This document shows positions 30,557 through 45,562 of a stretch of DNA of 64,000 nucleotides, piece by piece. The position numbers were made by a program, and so were the translations under genes. The notes under the pieces are model-generated. The model was not told the origin of the DNA. It did not search any database and saw nothing but the letters and a program-made list of their open reading frames with translations. How positions within the stretch are numbered: the stretch's first letter is position 1; the number at the start of each line of letters is the position of its first letter. The DNA is from a virus. Location: the IMG/VR virus record IMGVR_UViG_3300045988_153208. One strand, 5' to 3'.

Positions 30557-33500
30557 GAATTAATATAATTAATTTTATTAAATCCTGAGAATAGTGAATT
30601 AGCAGCGTCTTGTTTCAAAGTAGTATACCAATCAACTGATTCTATAGTAATTGCAGACCAAGAGGCATAGTTAATAAAGGCTGGATCGCCAGATACGATA
30701 CGCAATTTAGATTTTTCTTCTGGTGTACCAATAATAATCTTTTTAATACCTAATGTTCTATCACTATTTAAATCACTATAGCTAGAGAAAGTAAAACCAC
30801 CATTATCAATCTTCTAAACATTAGAACCAATAGTTAAGGTATCATTATCTCCAGAGAATGTATTTTGGAATGCGCTTTGATTGATTACTGCAATTGTACC
30901 ACCAATACTTACATTAGAGAATTTTGGATATACTACACGAGATTGACAACCAGGCATTTTAAATGCATAGTCTCCAATCAATCTTAATCCTTCAGGGAAT
31001 TCTACCCACACTAAGTTCATTGAATGAGAGAAAGCGGCACCACAGAAAAATCTAATATTACATTTTTCAACATCATTTTCTTTATATTTTTCAAAGAATA
31101 CATGAGTTAAATTTTCACCATAGCAAACTGGAACATAAGTAACAGAATTTAAAGTAGAAGATTTTCCTGGGAATCCTGGATTACGAGGACTGTCAATATC
31201 TGTATCATAAATATCTCCAGGTGAACCGAATGTCGCATCAATAGCAATAACTTTTTTAGATACTCCATCTACATTAAAGAATGCTGGCACTGTAATCTTT
31301 CCTTTAACTTTTTTAGTCAAAGCTAAAGTCACGCCATCTGTAATATTCCACTTTGTCTCTCCTGCCCAGTCAGTATAGTAAGTATCTGCGGGAGTGAGAC
31401 CAGAGGTCTATTCAGAAACTGCAAAATACTCTGGATGAATATCTTCATATACATTAATAGGATTATTATCAAATACTGCATAAAATGTAGTATCCTCAGT
31501 AATCATATATTCTTCTAATTTCATAGCAGAGGAAGCAGTTGCAGAACGACTATATCCTAAGAATTTATAAGTTTGTTCTAGTGGTAAATCACTATCATCT
31601 TTCCAAGGAATAATCGTAGACATTACAGCGTAATTACCATGAGGAATTTTCTTTTCTTCAATTAATGTATTATCTTTATAATAATATTTAACACTCCATT
31701 TATGAATAGGACAAATTGCATAGAATATATAAGTATGGATACTAGAATCAAGAGTTTGTTCGCTCCACTTATTAATACTTTTATCAATATTAATAAGAAT
31801 ATCAGCACTAGCAGAATTAGTTAGTGCCCAACCATAGAAATCATGATTTGGTTTCTTCTCACTAACATCGCCAAATGCATCAATAGGATCTGCAAACCAA
31901 GTTTCGCCCTCTTTTAAAGTCATAGAACCAATTAATTGATAACGACCATCATTACCTTCATCTTCATCCATAATTACAAATCTAGCAGTATATCCCTGTT
32001 CAACATTCGCACAGAAGATTGTTAAATCAGGATAAGCAGCTTGGATAGTATTACGTAATTCAGATTCTTTAATAACTTCTGTATTATTAATATAAATAAT
32101 ACCAGAAATATCAGGAATATTTTTACTAGAATTTTTAATCCATTTCTTATCACTAATAAATTCTTTAAACATAGCTAAATCAGTAATTTGATTTATTTTA
32201 TCTTCTGGGATTGTTTCATCCTTACGATAAATTTCACCATTTTCAACTTTAATAGTCCATGCATCAAAATTAGTATAAGTGTAAGGTTCTAGTCCATAAT
32301 GTCCATTATCTATATAATAAGTAATAGATGGATTACGTTCATCATCAACAGTCATCTAAACATATGGACACCAATTCACATTGGTCATAGAAATTTGAGA
32401 AGTATTAGTCTATTGACTACGGATAGTATAATATTGTTTTAACAATTTATAACTATCATAGCCTAAGCCACCACCAGCAATATTTAGAGAAGCAATTACT
32501 GTATCACCCTTATCTCCAGTTGAGGTTTTATCAAAGAAACCTTGGAGGTATAAACCAGGATTAGCATGTAAATTACCTTCATCATCACGGGTAGGATTCT
32601 AATATTCATCTTCAGTAATTATATTCTTTAACAAATTAGCTTCAATTAATTCAAGATTTGTAATACTAGTAGGTAAATATACAGTATTTAATGCGACGCC
32701 TTTAGCAAACTAAACGTTAATTAAATTAGAACCAGTAGCACGGAAATCCTCTAATTTTTCACAACTAGTTAAATCTAATATAGGAGAAGCAGCATTAAAC
32801 TGAATATTACTCATATTTACTTCTTTTAATAAAGGCATACCTTTACTATCAGAAGAACTGGCAGGAATACTGAATTGGTTAACATTATCATTATGCCAAC
32901 GCTCTCCATTTGTATCTAAACCATCATATCCTAATTTCAAACTAGTTAATTTAGTAGCATCACCAGAAATTTCAAACTCTTGCCAATATAGATTACTCAT
33001 ATCGCCAAGGTCTTTCATTTGATTAATACCATAAACATATAGTAATTGTTCAGGATAATTTTCACTCTTACGGACACCATTTTCAATAGAGTCAATATTA
33101 AATCTTAATGCATGAACACCATCATATTTACGAGAAGGATAGGCTTCATTATCATCACCAAGAGTAACATAAGAAGAATGGGCTGGAGTTAATGTCATCC
33201 AATATTCAGCATCAAATAAATGATTTTTAGTCAAAGTGCTTTCATCCTTGAAATAAGGATCGCTAGCAGTTTCAATCCATTTATCTGAAGTCTTATTTTT
33301 ATTATTCGCAGCAACACGACCACGGATGCGGTTCGCACCACCACGTTGATAGTTACCTTCATTTAACCAAGAGTCAATATACTCTAAACGATTAGATAAG
33401 AATTGTTGACGAGATAGGCTTCTATTTCCTTGTAAAGCATAGAAATAAGTACCATTAGTATCAACAGTATATACACCAGTTGTATCACTGCTAATATGTC

Positions 33501-36500
33501 CAGTAGTACCATCTAAGTAAGAAGCATCATTTGTAATAGTGATATATTTATAATATTCATCTAAGTTAACTGCTACCAATGGACGAGTACCCAAGTCAGC
33601 TAAGTTATTTGTTGTATTATAATCAGTTAAATAATATGATTCAATACGATCAACAGTTTTTAAAGGTGGCTGTTTTAAATTAGAACCAAATACACTAGTA
33701 GTAATACCGCGTAAATGTCTGTATTTAGGAATAATTAAACCAGTTTTAAAGTATTTATAGAAGTTATTCCATAAAACACTATCAGAAGTAGAATAGTTAC
33801 CATCTTCAGTAGCATCAACATTGTATTCAAATGAAGGAATACCAGTATTATTAATACCTAATTGAGTATCAATATCATAGAAAATTGGATACCAAATATA
33901 GTCTCCGCCTTTCTTTTGAGGACCCCAAGAAGCCATCATACAGTTTTTACCACGAGAGTCATAACATTCAAAAATTTCTGTCATAACGAAATATGTAGCC
34001 ATATATTCTTTATCGAAGTGGTCACTTAATTCATAAGTAAATTTATCACCACGATACTCTTGTGTGTCATATTTATAAGAGCGATCACCATAAATAATAG
34101 TGGTTCCAATATAATATTTATTTGGCTCATAAGTTTCAGCAGTCACAGTAGCTTTAGTTACTGCTTTACCACATTTAGCGTTTCCATCATAATTATAATA
34201 TGTTTTACTTGCATCAAATGCTTCATCTTTACATAAAACAACTAATCTATCAGCCTTTGTATCTAACTCTTCATCGCTATAAGATTCCAAAGTATAATAA
34301 CGTTTATCGGGATTAAATGTATCAGTGCTATAACAAGGAACATAGGTAATATTATTATTTTTATCAATTTCACCAGTATATAATTTAGTTTTAATAGCAC
34401 TAAATAATACTGTTCCAACATAAGCAACGATATATTCATGACTATTTTCTTGATTAGGATTATAGTCAGGATTCTTTTTATAATAAGTAGTGCCTTCTAT
34501 ATATTCTTTAGCTAAGGTATAAATCTGTTCAGAAGTTGATGGATTAGTTGTCATAATATAATGTTTATTACTATCAAATAATTCTTCACCAACATCACAG
34601 ATTTTATAAGTACCATTTGATACAACTTTTTCAGTACAAGTACTCCAAACCCAAGCTACAGCGCGTTCCCAATTAGAATAATCTTTCAATAAATGCTGAG
34701 CGCGATTTTCTTGATTTAATGTAATATCATCCTTAGAAAATGTTAATGTTGGGTCTTTCTTACATTCTCCATCAGGAGCCATAATATAATCAAGAATATC
34801 TTCGTCATTATGATAACGATATTCAAATGAGTCTGCTACCACAGGGGCAGATTGAACTGCATTTAATACACGAGAACCATCAGCATTAAATACATCAAAT
34901 TTCAAATCTTTGCGGTCTTGTGGGTCACGATATGAGCAGAAGGTACGGCTATTGTTTTCAAACTCCCAACATTCTGCTACTTTAGGCATACTCTTAGTAC
35001 CATCGCCTATAAATTTAGCTTTTGGATCTTTACCAGTAGTGCTGTCAAGTGCGAATCCATATACTTCATCAGAACCTTTATCTAAAAGCATATTGTATAT
35101 ACCAATAAATTGATAAATAGGCTCTGTGCTACCATCGACTGGTTTCTTTTTATGGAATGCAAGTACACGGAACCCTCGTACAGAAGTACGATAATCATCA
35201 GTATTTTCAACCTTAAAATCGCTGTATCCAGGTTTCATAATATACCATTTATTATATTTAGGATTACTTGAATCAGCTACTTTTAATTTTGAATAAACAG
35301 TTGGATTTTCAGCCATTAATTTTTGATATAATGCGTATGGACCTAAATCAAAATCTTCTTTGCTGGTAATCACAATATTATCTTCTAAGACTTCATTACT
35401 TGCTGTTTTCGGATTACCCTTATGATTATAATAAGTATAAGTAGTTCCAGGAACATACTCAGTTGTTTCAGTCTCAACAGTTTTGTCAGGGTCTAAAACC
35501 TAAAATGCTTTTGCATTATTATAATCGTCTAATGGATGTTTAGAATAAGCATTTTTAACCATATTTGCAAATCCCATATTATAAGTTCCAGAAGATTCCA
35601 TGTAGTCAATCTTCATAGTAAATTTATGAGTTCCGCAAGTATAATTATTAAAATACCAATATTTTTGACGAGTTTTTTCATTGCCACGTTTTACGTAAGC
35701 AGTATTTTCAATATAAAAAGTATTAGGTTTATAAGGATTAGTTTCGCTAAATGTAACTTCCTTTTCACCATTTTCATCTTCATAATATTTAATTTTTAAT
35801 TGGCCAGTAGCAGAATCAACTAGAGGACCTAATGTTGTACTTAAAATATAAGGCTTCTAAGTAGAACCTAATACATCAGCATTATACTATTCTCTGAATG
35901 GCCCACGGTTTAAGAAAATGTTAACACGCTTTTCGCCATCTACCGCATCGTTATTTTTAGTTTTAACTTTATAATTTCTACGAGGATAGAATTCAGATGA
36001 AGTTCCTTGAACGCTCATTGATGCGCTATCACTAATAAATGAAGGACAATGATATTTATAATAAGTTTCAACAGCTTTTTGTTTTTCAGCTGCTGTCGCA
36101 CCATCACCAAATAATTTATCAGCTTTAGCTAATTCTTCCAATTTACCTTTATTATAATACATTTCAAGTGGAGTATTAACAAATTCAACTCCAACATTTA
36201 ATTTAACCTTTTTAGAATAAGGAAGTTTATTTTCACTATCTTCTAATTTAGTAGTATCAAAAATAATATAAGGCATTAATGGGGCATCAGGATGTTCATT
36301 ATTATACTTTATCATATTAGTATAGCTAAATTGGAATTCATCAATAGCAGTATTTTCTTCTGCTAATTTATTTTGATCGTAAATATTTACATTCTCAAAA
36401 TCAGCAGCATAATTCATGACAATATCATTAACGTTTAAATCAGTGCGATATACTCGGACCTTATATAAATCAATATCACAGTAATCACTGTTAAATTCAA

Positions 36501-38715
36501 TTTTATCATTTTCTACAACAAATCCATTTTCTTGAGTGTTTCTAACAACACTAGTTAGTACACCATTTAAATAAATATAAATTAAATTTTGAATTTTTTC
36601 TTTACTATATTTACATACAACAGATAAAGTAATAATTTTATTTTCTACATAAGATACGTTTACGGTATCAGTACCATTAGAGAAAAACGCATCCTGTGGT
36701 CCTAAACATAAACCAGTAACGGCTTTAGTATTACCAGAAGAGTAACTACCTATAACATTACTTAAATTAATTTGCTTAGCAATATGACTAAATTCTAAAT
36801 CATCATATTCCATTCTACGTTTATTACCATTTTTATCGACAAATTCAACTTCATAAGTTTTTAAATACCAAGCTAAAAATGCATCATAGTTGGTGTATGT
36901 AGTATTAAATTTGCCAGTTTCTTCATCATAAAATGCTTTATATAATTTTTCATCATTTTTATAACGAGTAATAGTACGAATTAAATTTGAATAATCCTAA
37001 ACATTACGAATTTTGAAAGTTAATTCAATACTATGAGACTGCTCAGTAGCTTGAGAGCCACTAGGATTTGAAAATACAGTGCGACCAATAGGAATAGATA
37101 ATTTAGCACCATTACTAATACGTAAACAAGTTTTATTATCTTCATCCGTAGTCCAACCATTATTATACCAATTAAAATTAGTAAAAGTCGCCGCACAAGG
37201 TTCAGCCCCTAGAGCTGTAGAAGAATTTACTAAAGTAGTGCGTTTAGCCAACGTTTCAGAATTAGAACGTCCACTACCTACTGTGTTTAATAAATAAGTT
37301 AAGAAGCCTTGCTTCTAAATACCAAAGTCTGTTCTTGTTGGGTCATTTACAACACGAATTTCAATTTTACGGGTAGTCTCACGCGCTCCATCACCACAAG
37401 TAATAGTGTAGTGATTAATTACATTTAATTCAGGATTAGCAATTTCAAAAATAGCAAATTTCTTAGAATCTGTAATTGTTTGAGGAGAATAAGAAAGTTC
37501 AATATTATTACGTTTAAAATGCACTACTGGGTTTTCAGCCTATGGGTCAAAAACACGGAAAGGAATTTGAATAGTGTCATAATTATAATATTCATCTTTA
37601 TAGTCTCCCAACCAAATAATTGGAGGAGCTTGAGGGTCTAAACCATCATAAACAGCTACTTCAAAAATTAAAGGGTCAACTTCAATTCCTTTTTTGCCAT
37701 TAATTGATTGGAATAAACGAATCCAAACTTTATGATAACCATTAACTACAGGGATATATTGTGAAACATTAACAGTCTATAATGTAGCCGAATTAGCGGC
37801 TAAAGATACACTTAAAAATGGTTCATCTTCATTGTCAAAATAATATTCAACAATTTTATCCATAGCGCCATTAACATTACATTGTAATACTAATTTACTA
37901 GGCTCGAAATAACTTAAATTAGAAAAACTACTTGATTCTTGTAATTCTAACTTAGAAGTTTTAAATGTTACTAAACGAGTAACTGTGCTTGGATGATTGG
38001 TTTGACTAGCCACTAATACTAATCTTGAAGAAGCATCGTCTTTAGCCAATTTACCAAATTCAAAAGCATATTTTTCGCCATCAGGCACTTGGAATGTTCC
38101 TGAATTATATTGGTTGTAATTGGTGCCATCATCAGTATATTCTAACTTCCAATTAATTGTTAGAATAGAGTCATAAGAATTACCCTTTTTATTTTTAGCT
38201 GATGTGGCGACAAATGTTATTTCTTGAGAACGTCCATTAATTAAGTTAACAGTAGGTAATGAGTCTACAGTTAATTCAATATCAGAAGCTAATGAGCTAG
38301 GGTCATCTCCTCCCCCTCCACCAGCAACAGTTAAACGACGACATAGCACATTTTGAAATGCTCGCTGAACTTTTATTACACGATAAAAACAATTATCACC
38401 TAAATTGATAATTAAATCATCTTCTTCGGGATACTCTCCGCCTTCAATAGCTCCGATTGGAATATTGATTTCATCTTCTAGTTTTTCAGCATCAGTCGGA
38501 GTATAATTGGCATAATAAATACCAGAATTACTTCCTGAGCCACCACCACTACCGCTTCCTAAAAGCTTTCGTGATACCATTGTACCATCAGCTTGAGTAT
38601 AGTCTATGAAAATTTTACCAGTATCAACTGCAAAATAAACATATCCATCATTAAAACCCATTAAATCTAATTTAGCTTCAGTACCACGAACAGGGATGAA
38701 TCGTTTATTGCTCAT
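30553..38715 (-). CDS. Giant multidomain tail fibre or baseplate protein (about 2720 aa)
   Basis: RBS AAAGGAG precedes ATG 38713-15. Track ORFs 37777-38715, 37315-37524, 36997-37251, 35887-36813, 32710-35373, 31408-32355 and 30814-31332 are all in one frame. Every gap was scanned and contains only TAG, no TAA or TGA. The first true stop is TGA 30553-55. The N-terminus carries the shared fibre anchor module and Gly/Ser linkers. Confidence 0.65.
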
Positions 38716-38764
38716 GCAAGTATCTCCTTTCTATCTTAAATTTTATATAAAACAAAATTATATA

Positions 38765-38800
38765 TAAAAAAAATGGGAGAGGAATTTTCCTCTCCCAAAT
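38765..38800. terminator. Terminator hairpin
   Basis: Stem gggagagg/cctctccc flanked by A8 and T runs. Confidence 0.6.
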
Positions 38801-38856
38801 TCCTTCGTTGATTTTTAAAAAAACCACGAATATAATTATTATAGATTGTCCTTAAA

Positions 38857-40500
38857 TTAGAAAGAACCCCAAACCAAATCAGCAGTAACAGTACTACCAG
38901 ATGCAGTTAGTTTTAAAGTATCAGATTTTAATACCATCTTTGCATTTTTATCAGATACTAAACTAGTTCCAGCTTGTAAAGTATGTGCTACAGTAACAGT
39001 GTTAGTAGCATCATCACGAGTAGCACTATCTGGACCGGGCTTATATTCTAAAGTCTGGATAGTTTTAGTATTAATACCAGTGATATGACCATTATCATAA
39101 GTGACAGAATCGATAACATCGAAAGTACCACCATTAGTTAATGATTTGCCATCAGTAGTTGATGTAGTATCATAAGTATCATGCTTGATAGTTACAGATA
39201 ATTGATTTGGTGCTGAACCACCATTATCAGTAGAATCAATAACAATGCCATCACCTTCGGTAAAAGCAATTTTACCAACTACTCCACCACCATTACTAGA
39301 AGTAATGGTCATGCTATCGGTTGCACCTGCAGCTTTAAAAATATAAGTAGTATCAATCTATGCATCATCGCCAGAAGGAACATAAGTCCATTCGACATCA
39401 CCAATAGCTAAAACACCATTGGTTTCAGATTTTTTATCTTTGGCAGTCGCAATTAATAAATCGCCAATACCAGCAGTTTTACCAGTAGCATAAGTTAAAT
39501 TGCCACCTTGAACTAAGAACATGTCGCCAATATGAATCTCAGCAGCAGTTCCACCCTTTAATACATTGAAACTTGCATCCATAGTAAAGGTAGTGCCACT
39601 AGTGCCAATAGTGCCACGATAAGTCATACCGTCAAGTTTATTAATTAACGCATCGACTTGGTCTTTAGAGTAAACAGGAAGGTCTACTTGTTTAGTATCG
39701 CTACCAATACCATAATAACTACCATCAACGAAATAACCTAACTTTTGTGTCTTTAAAAGACCAGTAGTTCCAGCAGTATCAGAAGCTCCTACTTGTAATT
39801 CACCATCATTGTTTAGACCTAAAATAATACCATTTAATTTAGTATCTTTAGATGCAATTTGAATACCATTACTTTTATCAATTTTAGTAACAGTTACATT
39901 GTCGCCGCCTTTGATGTGGACAGTGCTATCATCCTATAATGCGCTACCTAATACTAAATCAATATCATTAGTAGTATTAGCATCCTCTTGAACATTAAGA
40001 GTATAGGTATCACCAGTAATTGTGAGTGCTTTATTATTAGCCATGGCTACTTGAGCACCCTTAGCTCCAGTAATAGTTACATCAGCTGCGGTAATAGTTT
40101 TACCAGCATCACTATTAGTACCACCAGTAGTAATCTTAACACCCTTGTCAACTGAAGAAACAACTTGAGTTAGAGCAGTTAAAATAGTATCGTCATCAGG
40201 ATTGATTTGCGCCCAAGTAGTACCATTATAATATGCTAAAACATTTTCAGTTACACAATAAGCGATATCGCCTTTAGTAGATACCGTTGGTTTTGCCTTT
40301 AATTTACTTAAATTATCATAAATTTCAACACTTTTATTTAAAAGAGCCAGTTCATCAGCTTGACCAATATATAAACGACTACTATCAGAAGTTAAATAAA
40401 ATGTACCTACTTCCCAGCCCTTTTGAGAATCTTTTAATGTATTTAAACTCGCTTGAGTACCAAGTTTAAATTTTACAGCATTACCAGTATAATCAGCCAT
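38857..40500 (-). CDS. Tail fibre protein (547 aa) with the shared N-terminal anchor module
   Basis: RBS AAAAGGAG precedes the start. Track ORFs 39934-40500, 39358-39627 and 38857-39312 are in one frame joined by TAGs, ending at TAA 38857-59. Thr/Gly/Asp-rich beta-rich repeats are present. Confidence 0.6.
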
Positions 40501-40527
40501 AATAAAATCTCCTTTTTATTTTAAAAA

Positions 40528-41466
40528 TTACTCTGAGAGTTCACCCCAAATAATACTCTCATAAACTTTATTAATTTCGTTGACAATATTAGTAGTATCT
40601 CCAGCCACATAAGCTTTACCGAGGTCATTTAATGAGCCAACAGTAGAATTAAATACCTCAAGCGAAGTATATTCTTCAACAAGTTTCTTTTCAACAGCTT
40701 GTAACTGAGAAACTTTTGCATATCCAGTTAAATCAGCATTACCAAATGTACCTAATTTTTCTGGTTTTGAGTTAATAAGCATATATTCATCATAAGAATT
40801 GTTATCATCTCCACTACTATTAGGCACTAAGTAAACAACATTTTCTTTATTATTTTCCGCTGAAGTAATATCTTCTAAGCTGCCAACAGGTTTATAGGTT
40901 AAATGATTCGCATTAGCGATTTCATTTTTAATAACAGTATTAAAATTATCAACTTGATTTTGTAGATTAACAATTTTAGTACTAATAGTATGAAAATCTT
41001 CTTCGGACTTTTCCCACTCTAACTTACCAGCAGCTCCTTTTTTCAAATAAGAGCCACTTTCTGCAGTATCAAATCCAATGAGATTTAATTCAGGATTTGA
41101 CCCTTCAACAGTTTTAAATTCAAATGTATTAGCATTAACATTAATCTCTAATTGACTAGCTATTAAACTAGCAACATCAGCTAATGATTTACTTTCCCAT
41201 TTACCACTGTCATTTTTAACTAAAAACGCACCAGCATCAGTTACAGTTTCTAAAACATCACTAATATCAGATAACTTAGTAATATTAGTCCCCGAGCCAG
41301 AGCCACTAATTAATTTATCACCTAAATATAAATATCCATTTTTCTTATCCGCAGATTCATAGATAAAATATAAAGTATTAGGATCTATTAGTTTTCGCGC
41401 CTTTAATGAATTATAAGCAGTTATTGTACCGCGCTAAAACTTTACATAATTAACATTATTTGGCAT
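40528..41466 (-). CDS. Tail fibre or accessory protein (312 aa) with the shared N-terminal anchor module
   Basis: RBS GAAAGGAG precedes ATG 41464-66. The frame continues through TAG into track ORF 40528-41046 and ends at TAA 40528-30. Confidence 0.55.
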
Positions 41467-41541
41467 ATTAATCTCCTTTCCTTTAGAATCATTTATAATT
41501 ATAAAAGAAATCTTTTCCCTTACTATTGGTATATAAAAAAA

Positions 41542-41572
41542 GTTGGCCCATAATTAATCCTTATGGGCCAAC
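41542..41572. terminator. Terminator hairpin
   Basis: Stem gttggcccataa/ttatgggccaac with A7 upstream (a T-run on the minus strand). Confidence 0.65.
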
Positions 41573-41577
41573 GTTAT

Positions 41578-44500
41578 TTATTCCTAAAAAATCGAAAGAA
41601 TTTCTTCTGGTTTATAGTAAGAAATATTAATTACCTACTCACTATCTTCATAATAATTTTCTTTATCACTAGCACTAATTGCAATTTTTTTCCATAGCCC
41701 ATCAATATTATGAGCATCTAATAAATACCCACTTTTATCTAATCTATAATATTCAGCATTTGGAATATATTCATCATTCGCTTGAACAACAATATACTAT
41801 GGAGATTCAGTTTCATCTAAATAATAAACCATTAATCTCTAATCAGGGGTTAATGAATTAAAAACTGATTTTAATGTTGTAGTATCTTTAATAGAAGTTT
41901 CTAAAACATAATCAGTGCCATCTTTGAAATTATTATATTCAATTTCAGCAGCTTTTTTAGTGCTATAAATTACACTAGGCCGATTCTAAATATAGGAAGG
42001 TGAACCTGGATGATCTTGAGTCCAATTAGCTTGATATTTATCTCTACATTGCTGGAATTCTCTTAATAAACCCCATAGAGAATTTATATCACGATAATAT
42101 TGTACTCCTTCTTCAAAACCAGATGCTTTTTTATATAGTAAATATGCTGTATAATATGTCTTTTTATTATTAAATTTAGTAATATTTCCAGCATATACTT
42201 TATCACCATTATCATTTTCAATATAATAGGCAGTATCAGGACTGGGGTCATTATCTAAATTTTCAACTTTTTCCCAAATGGGATAATTATCTTGGACAAC
42301 ATATAATGGCCCAAAAGCTCCAGTATGTAGAGTTGAAAATGTTTTTTCAGTTTTAATATCCCATTGATTGTTAGGATTTCTTAAACCAAAGTCAATCTCA
42401 CCACGTTTACCATAATACACTACGTCTTTTGCCGGCTCGCCTGTTAAAATATTACCTTTTGAATCTACTATCGGATTACCATTTTGATCATATAAATCTG
42501 CCCAAACATATTCACTTTTTACTGGAATAAAATTATTAATGCTATATGAATCAGTGTATTTACCTAATAAATTTAATAATGCATTATACATACCCCAAAT
42601 AGTTTCTTGTGAAGGTATATCATAATAATCATTATCTGTTTCTAATCCTAATAATTTATATAAATAACGAATTAATTCAGAAATAGTTTTAGGATATAGC
42701 GTTGAGTCATTAGGATCTCTATCGTTACCTATAAACAAATAACGCTTTTTATCTGTGGTATTTTTATCTGCTGGGATAAAAATACAATAAGCTTGACGGT
42801 ATAGTTTGTCACTTTTACCAACTTGAATATACTATTCTGGATCCATAATATAATATACCTAATTTGAATCAAAATTATTCTAATTGGGTATATATTTATT
42901 ATCTTTTTTAATATATAAAATTTCATCAATTTCATCGAAAGCATGCTAATCTAATTCAATTTTTACATAAGTAGTATTAGGATCGGGGTAATATAACTCA
43001 CCATTTAAATACTTTTTATCACTATAATCAACATAAGTATTAGTTTCACCATAATCTTGAGGATTATATATGACCCAAGTACCACGAGGATATACTAAAT
43101 CCCACATTAACGAAGCCATATTACCTAATTCTGGAAGATTAATATCAAATGTACGCTAGTCAATTTGTTTAGCATATTTTAATTCATTATTAACATAGAA
43201 TCCTGAATCAGATAATTGAAGAGAAAATGGTTCATCTATGTTTGATAATGTTCCTTCATCAAGTTTATTGTTAATTAATTTATATCCTTTGGTATCCATA
43301 TGGACTGGATATAATTCACCAGAACTAGTTTTCTTTAAATAAATTTCATTTACTCTATCAGGAATATAATGCTATCTACGTTTATTAAATCCTTCAATAT
43401 TATAATGGAAATCTGTATTTGTATTAAATTTCCAATTACGAGGTAAATGTAATTTATAATCTAAATCAGTACTTCTAAAAGTATCTATATGAGGTCCATG
43501 ATTATGATGTACTCTAACTTTTTGAGCATACTATCTTCTCTATTGATTGTATTTTTTCTCATTATAAGAAATATTACCAGCATCATCTGTAATAATATAT
43601 TCATCAATAGTAGCTTCTATTAATTTATTATTATCAAAATAATATAATTGCTAAGGGATTTTTACTAATCGTTTAAATAATTCAAATGAAATGTATCCAG
43701 GTTCTTCTAATTTTTTATGATAATATTTTAATGTAATACCATTATTTTCAGTAGCAGAATATTTTGACCCAACAGACAAAGCAGTATAATGAGGCGGGTC
43801 ATTTACAATATAATCTGAACTATAATAAATATTACCAAGGGTTTCTAAATACATATCAAGAATTTCTTGACTTGTAATAATTTCAAGTTTTTTACCATTT
43901 ACATCTTTTTCTAATGGTTCATAAATAATTATATCGCTAGTAATTTTTTTATATTCAAATAAGGGACCACGATAAATATCTTTTATAGGTAATGCCTTAT
44001 ATTCTTCTTTACGAGCTTTTTTTAAATCAGCAATAGCTTGTTTCCAAATTTGAACTTTAGATGCATATTGAGATAACATATCATCTAAATTTGTAATTTT
44101 AGTGTTATAATATTCTTCAGAGACTTTATCTCCTGCATATTGAGCAAGAGCTTTTTCACGAACTAAATTTGCTCTATATTCACTATATCCACCAATTTTA
44201 TCAGCATTCGCCTCATGATTAGTGTCAAATGTAAATAAACCTTTATATTCTTCAGAATTATTAATTTTTTCTTCATAATCAATAATTTCTTCTAAATTTT
44301 CTTTTACTGATTCTTCTAATTTTTTTACCTTAGGAGTGCTAGCATTCCATTTATCAACAATATAACTAATATCTAATTCTTTATATTTAGGAATAGTAAG
44401 AGCAGTTTCTCCTTCTCCTATAATTGTTTCGCCGTCTAATTGATAATAACTATTTAATGGAGACAACTAAACACGGCTATTATCTTCATATAAAAAACTA

Positions 44501-45204
44501 ACTTTTTCATATTCATCATTATCATCAGGAGCGTCTACTATAGCTTCAAATTTAGGAGCTTTAGAATCTAAACTCGCAACCATAATATACTTTTCAGTAA
44601 TTGTAGTATTATTACTAACTGAACACCAAATTTTTTGCCATACAGTATGGTCATAATTAGCTTGATAATGTTTTTTATCTATTTCTTTATTTATAGAATA
44701 TTCACAATTTTCATCAATTCCATCAGGTGTTAAATTATTTAATGGGTCTTGAGTAATACTATCTTTTAATAAATAATATCTCTAATTGGAATCATAAAAA
44801 TCAGTTTTAGGGTCTACTTTAAAATAGTCTCCATAAGGACGCTATGAAGTAAGTTTTGGGTCCATATCACCAATAGTCTAAATACTACCTTGAATTTTAT
44901 AAACCCACAACACTGGACAATTAGCCGTAAATTTTTCAACTTCTTTGCCCTTTTCGTCATTAGCAGTTTGATGCCACTAAGCTTTTATTTCTGTTGATAT
45001 ATAAGGACTATATCGACGTTCGCCATAATTAATAAATACATAACGAGTGTTATACACTCCATCGCCATTAATATTCCCAGTAGAGGAGCCATCTGGAGCG
45101 CGTTTAGCTATGGCTTGTTCCATTTCATAACGATTGGTATAAGTTTTATCAAATGTTAAAGCAATTCGTGGATTAACTTTTAAATTACCATAAAATGAAC
45201 TCAA
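41578..45204 (-). CDS. Large tail or baseplate structural protein (about 1208 aa)
   Basis: Track ORFs 44977-45204, 43651-44466 and 41986-42738 are in one frame. Stretches were spot-checked for TAG-only interruptions. The true stop is TAA 41578-80. The start is a probable TTG directly after the upstream TAA, with RBS GGAGGGG. Confidence 0.5.
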
Positions 45205-45546
45205 TTAACTCCCCTCCTTTTCGTATAAAATATCTATTAATAAATAAGCATCTTGATTTTCATCTATATTAGTTAATGACATTTCATCAAAATTAATAGA
45301 TGTTACTACACCAGAGCCCTAAGTCATATCTAATTCATACAAACCAACTCCACCAATCATTATATAGTCTTGATTGGCATTAAGTCTAAATTTAGTACCT
45401 GGTAAACTTTGGATTCCTAATTTTATAATAGGAGTATAATCATCAAAAATTACTCCTGACATTAATTTAGCTTTAGTTATTGTTACTGGATAATTTTTTT
45501 CATTTAATTCACCAAAATATCGAAACTAAACAACACTTTTAGCCAT
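45205..45546 (-). CDS. Small structural or assembly protein (113 aa)
   Basis: RBS AGAGGAGACGGAG precedes ATG 45544-46. The frame has two in-frame TAGs and ends at TAA 45205-07. Confidence 0.45.
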
Positions 45547-45562
45547 TACTCCGTCTCCTCTC

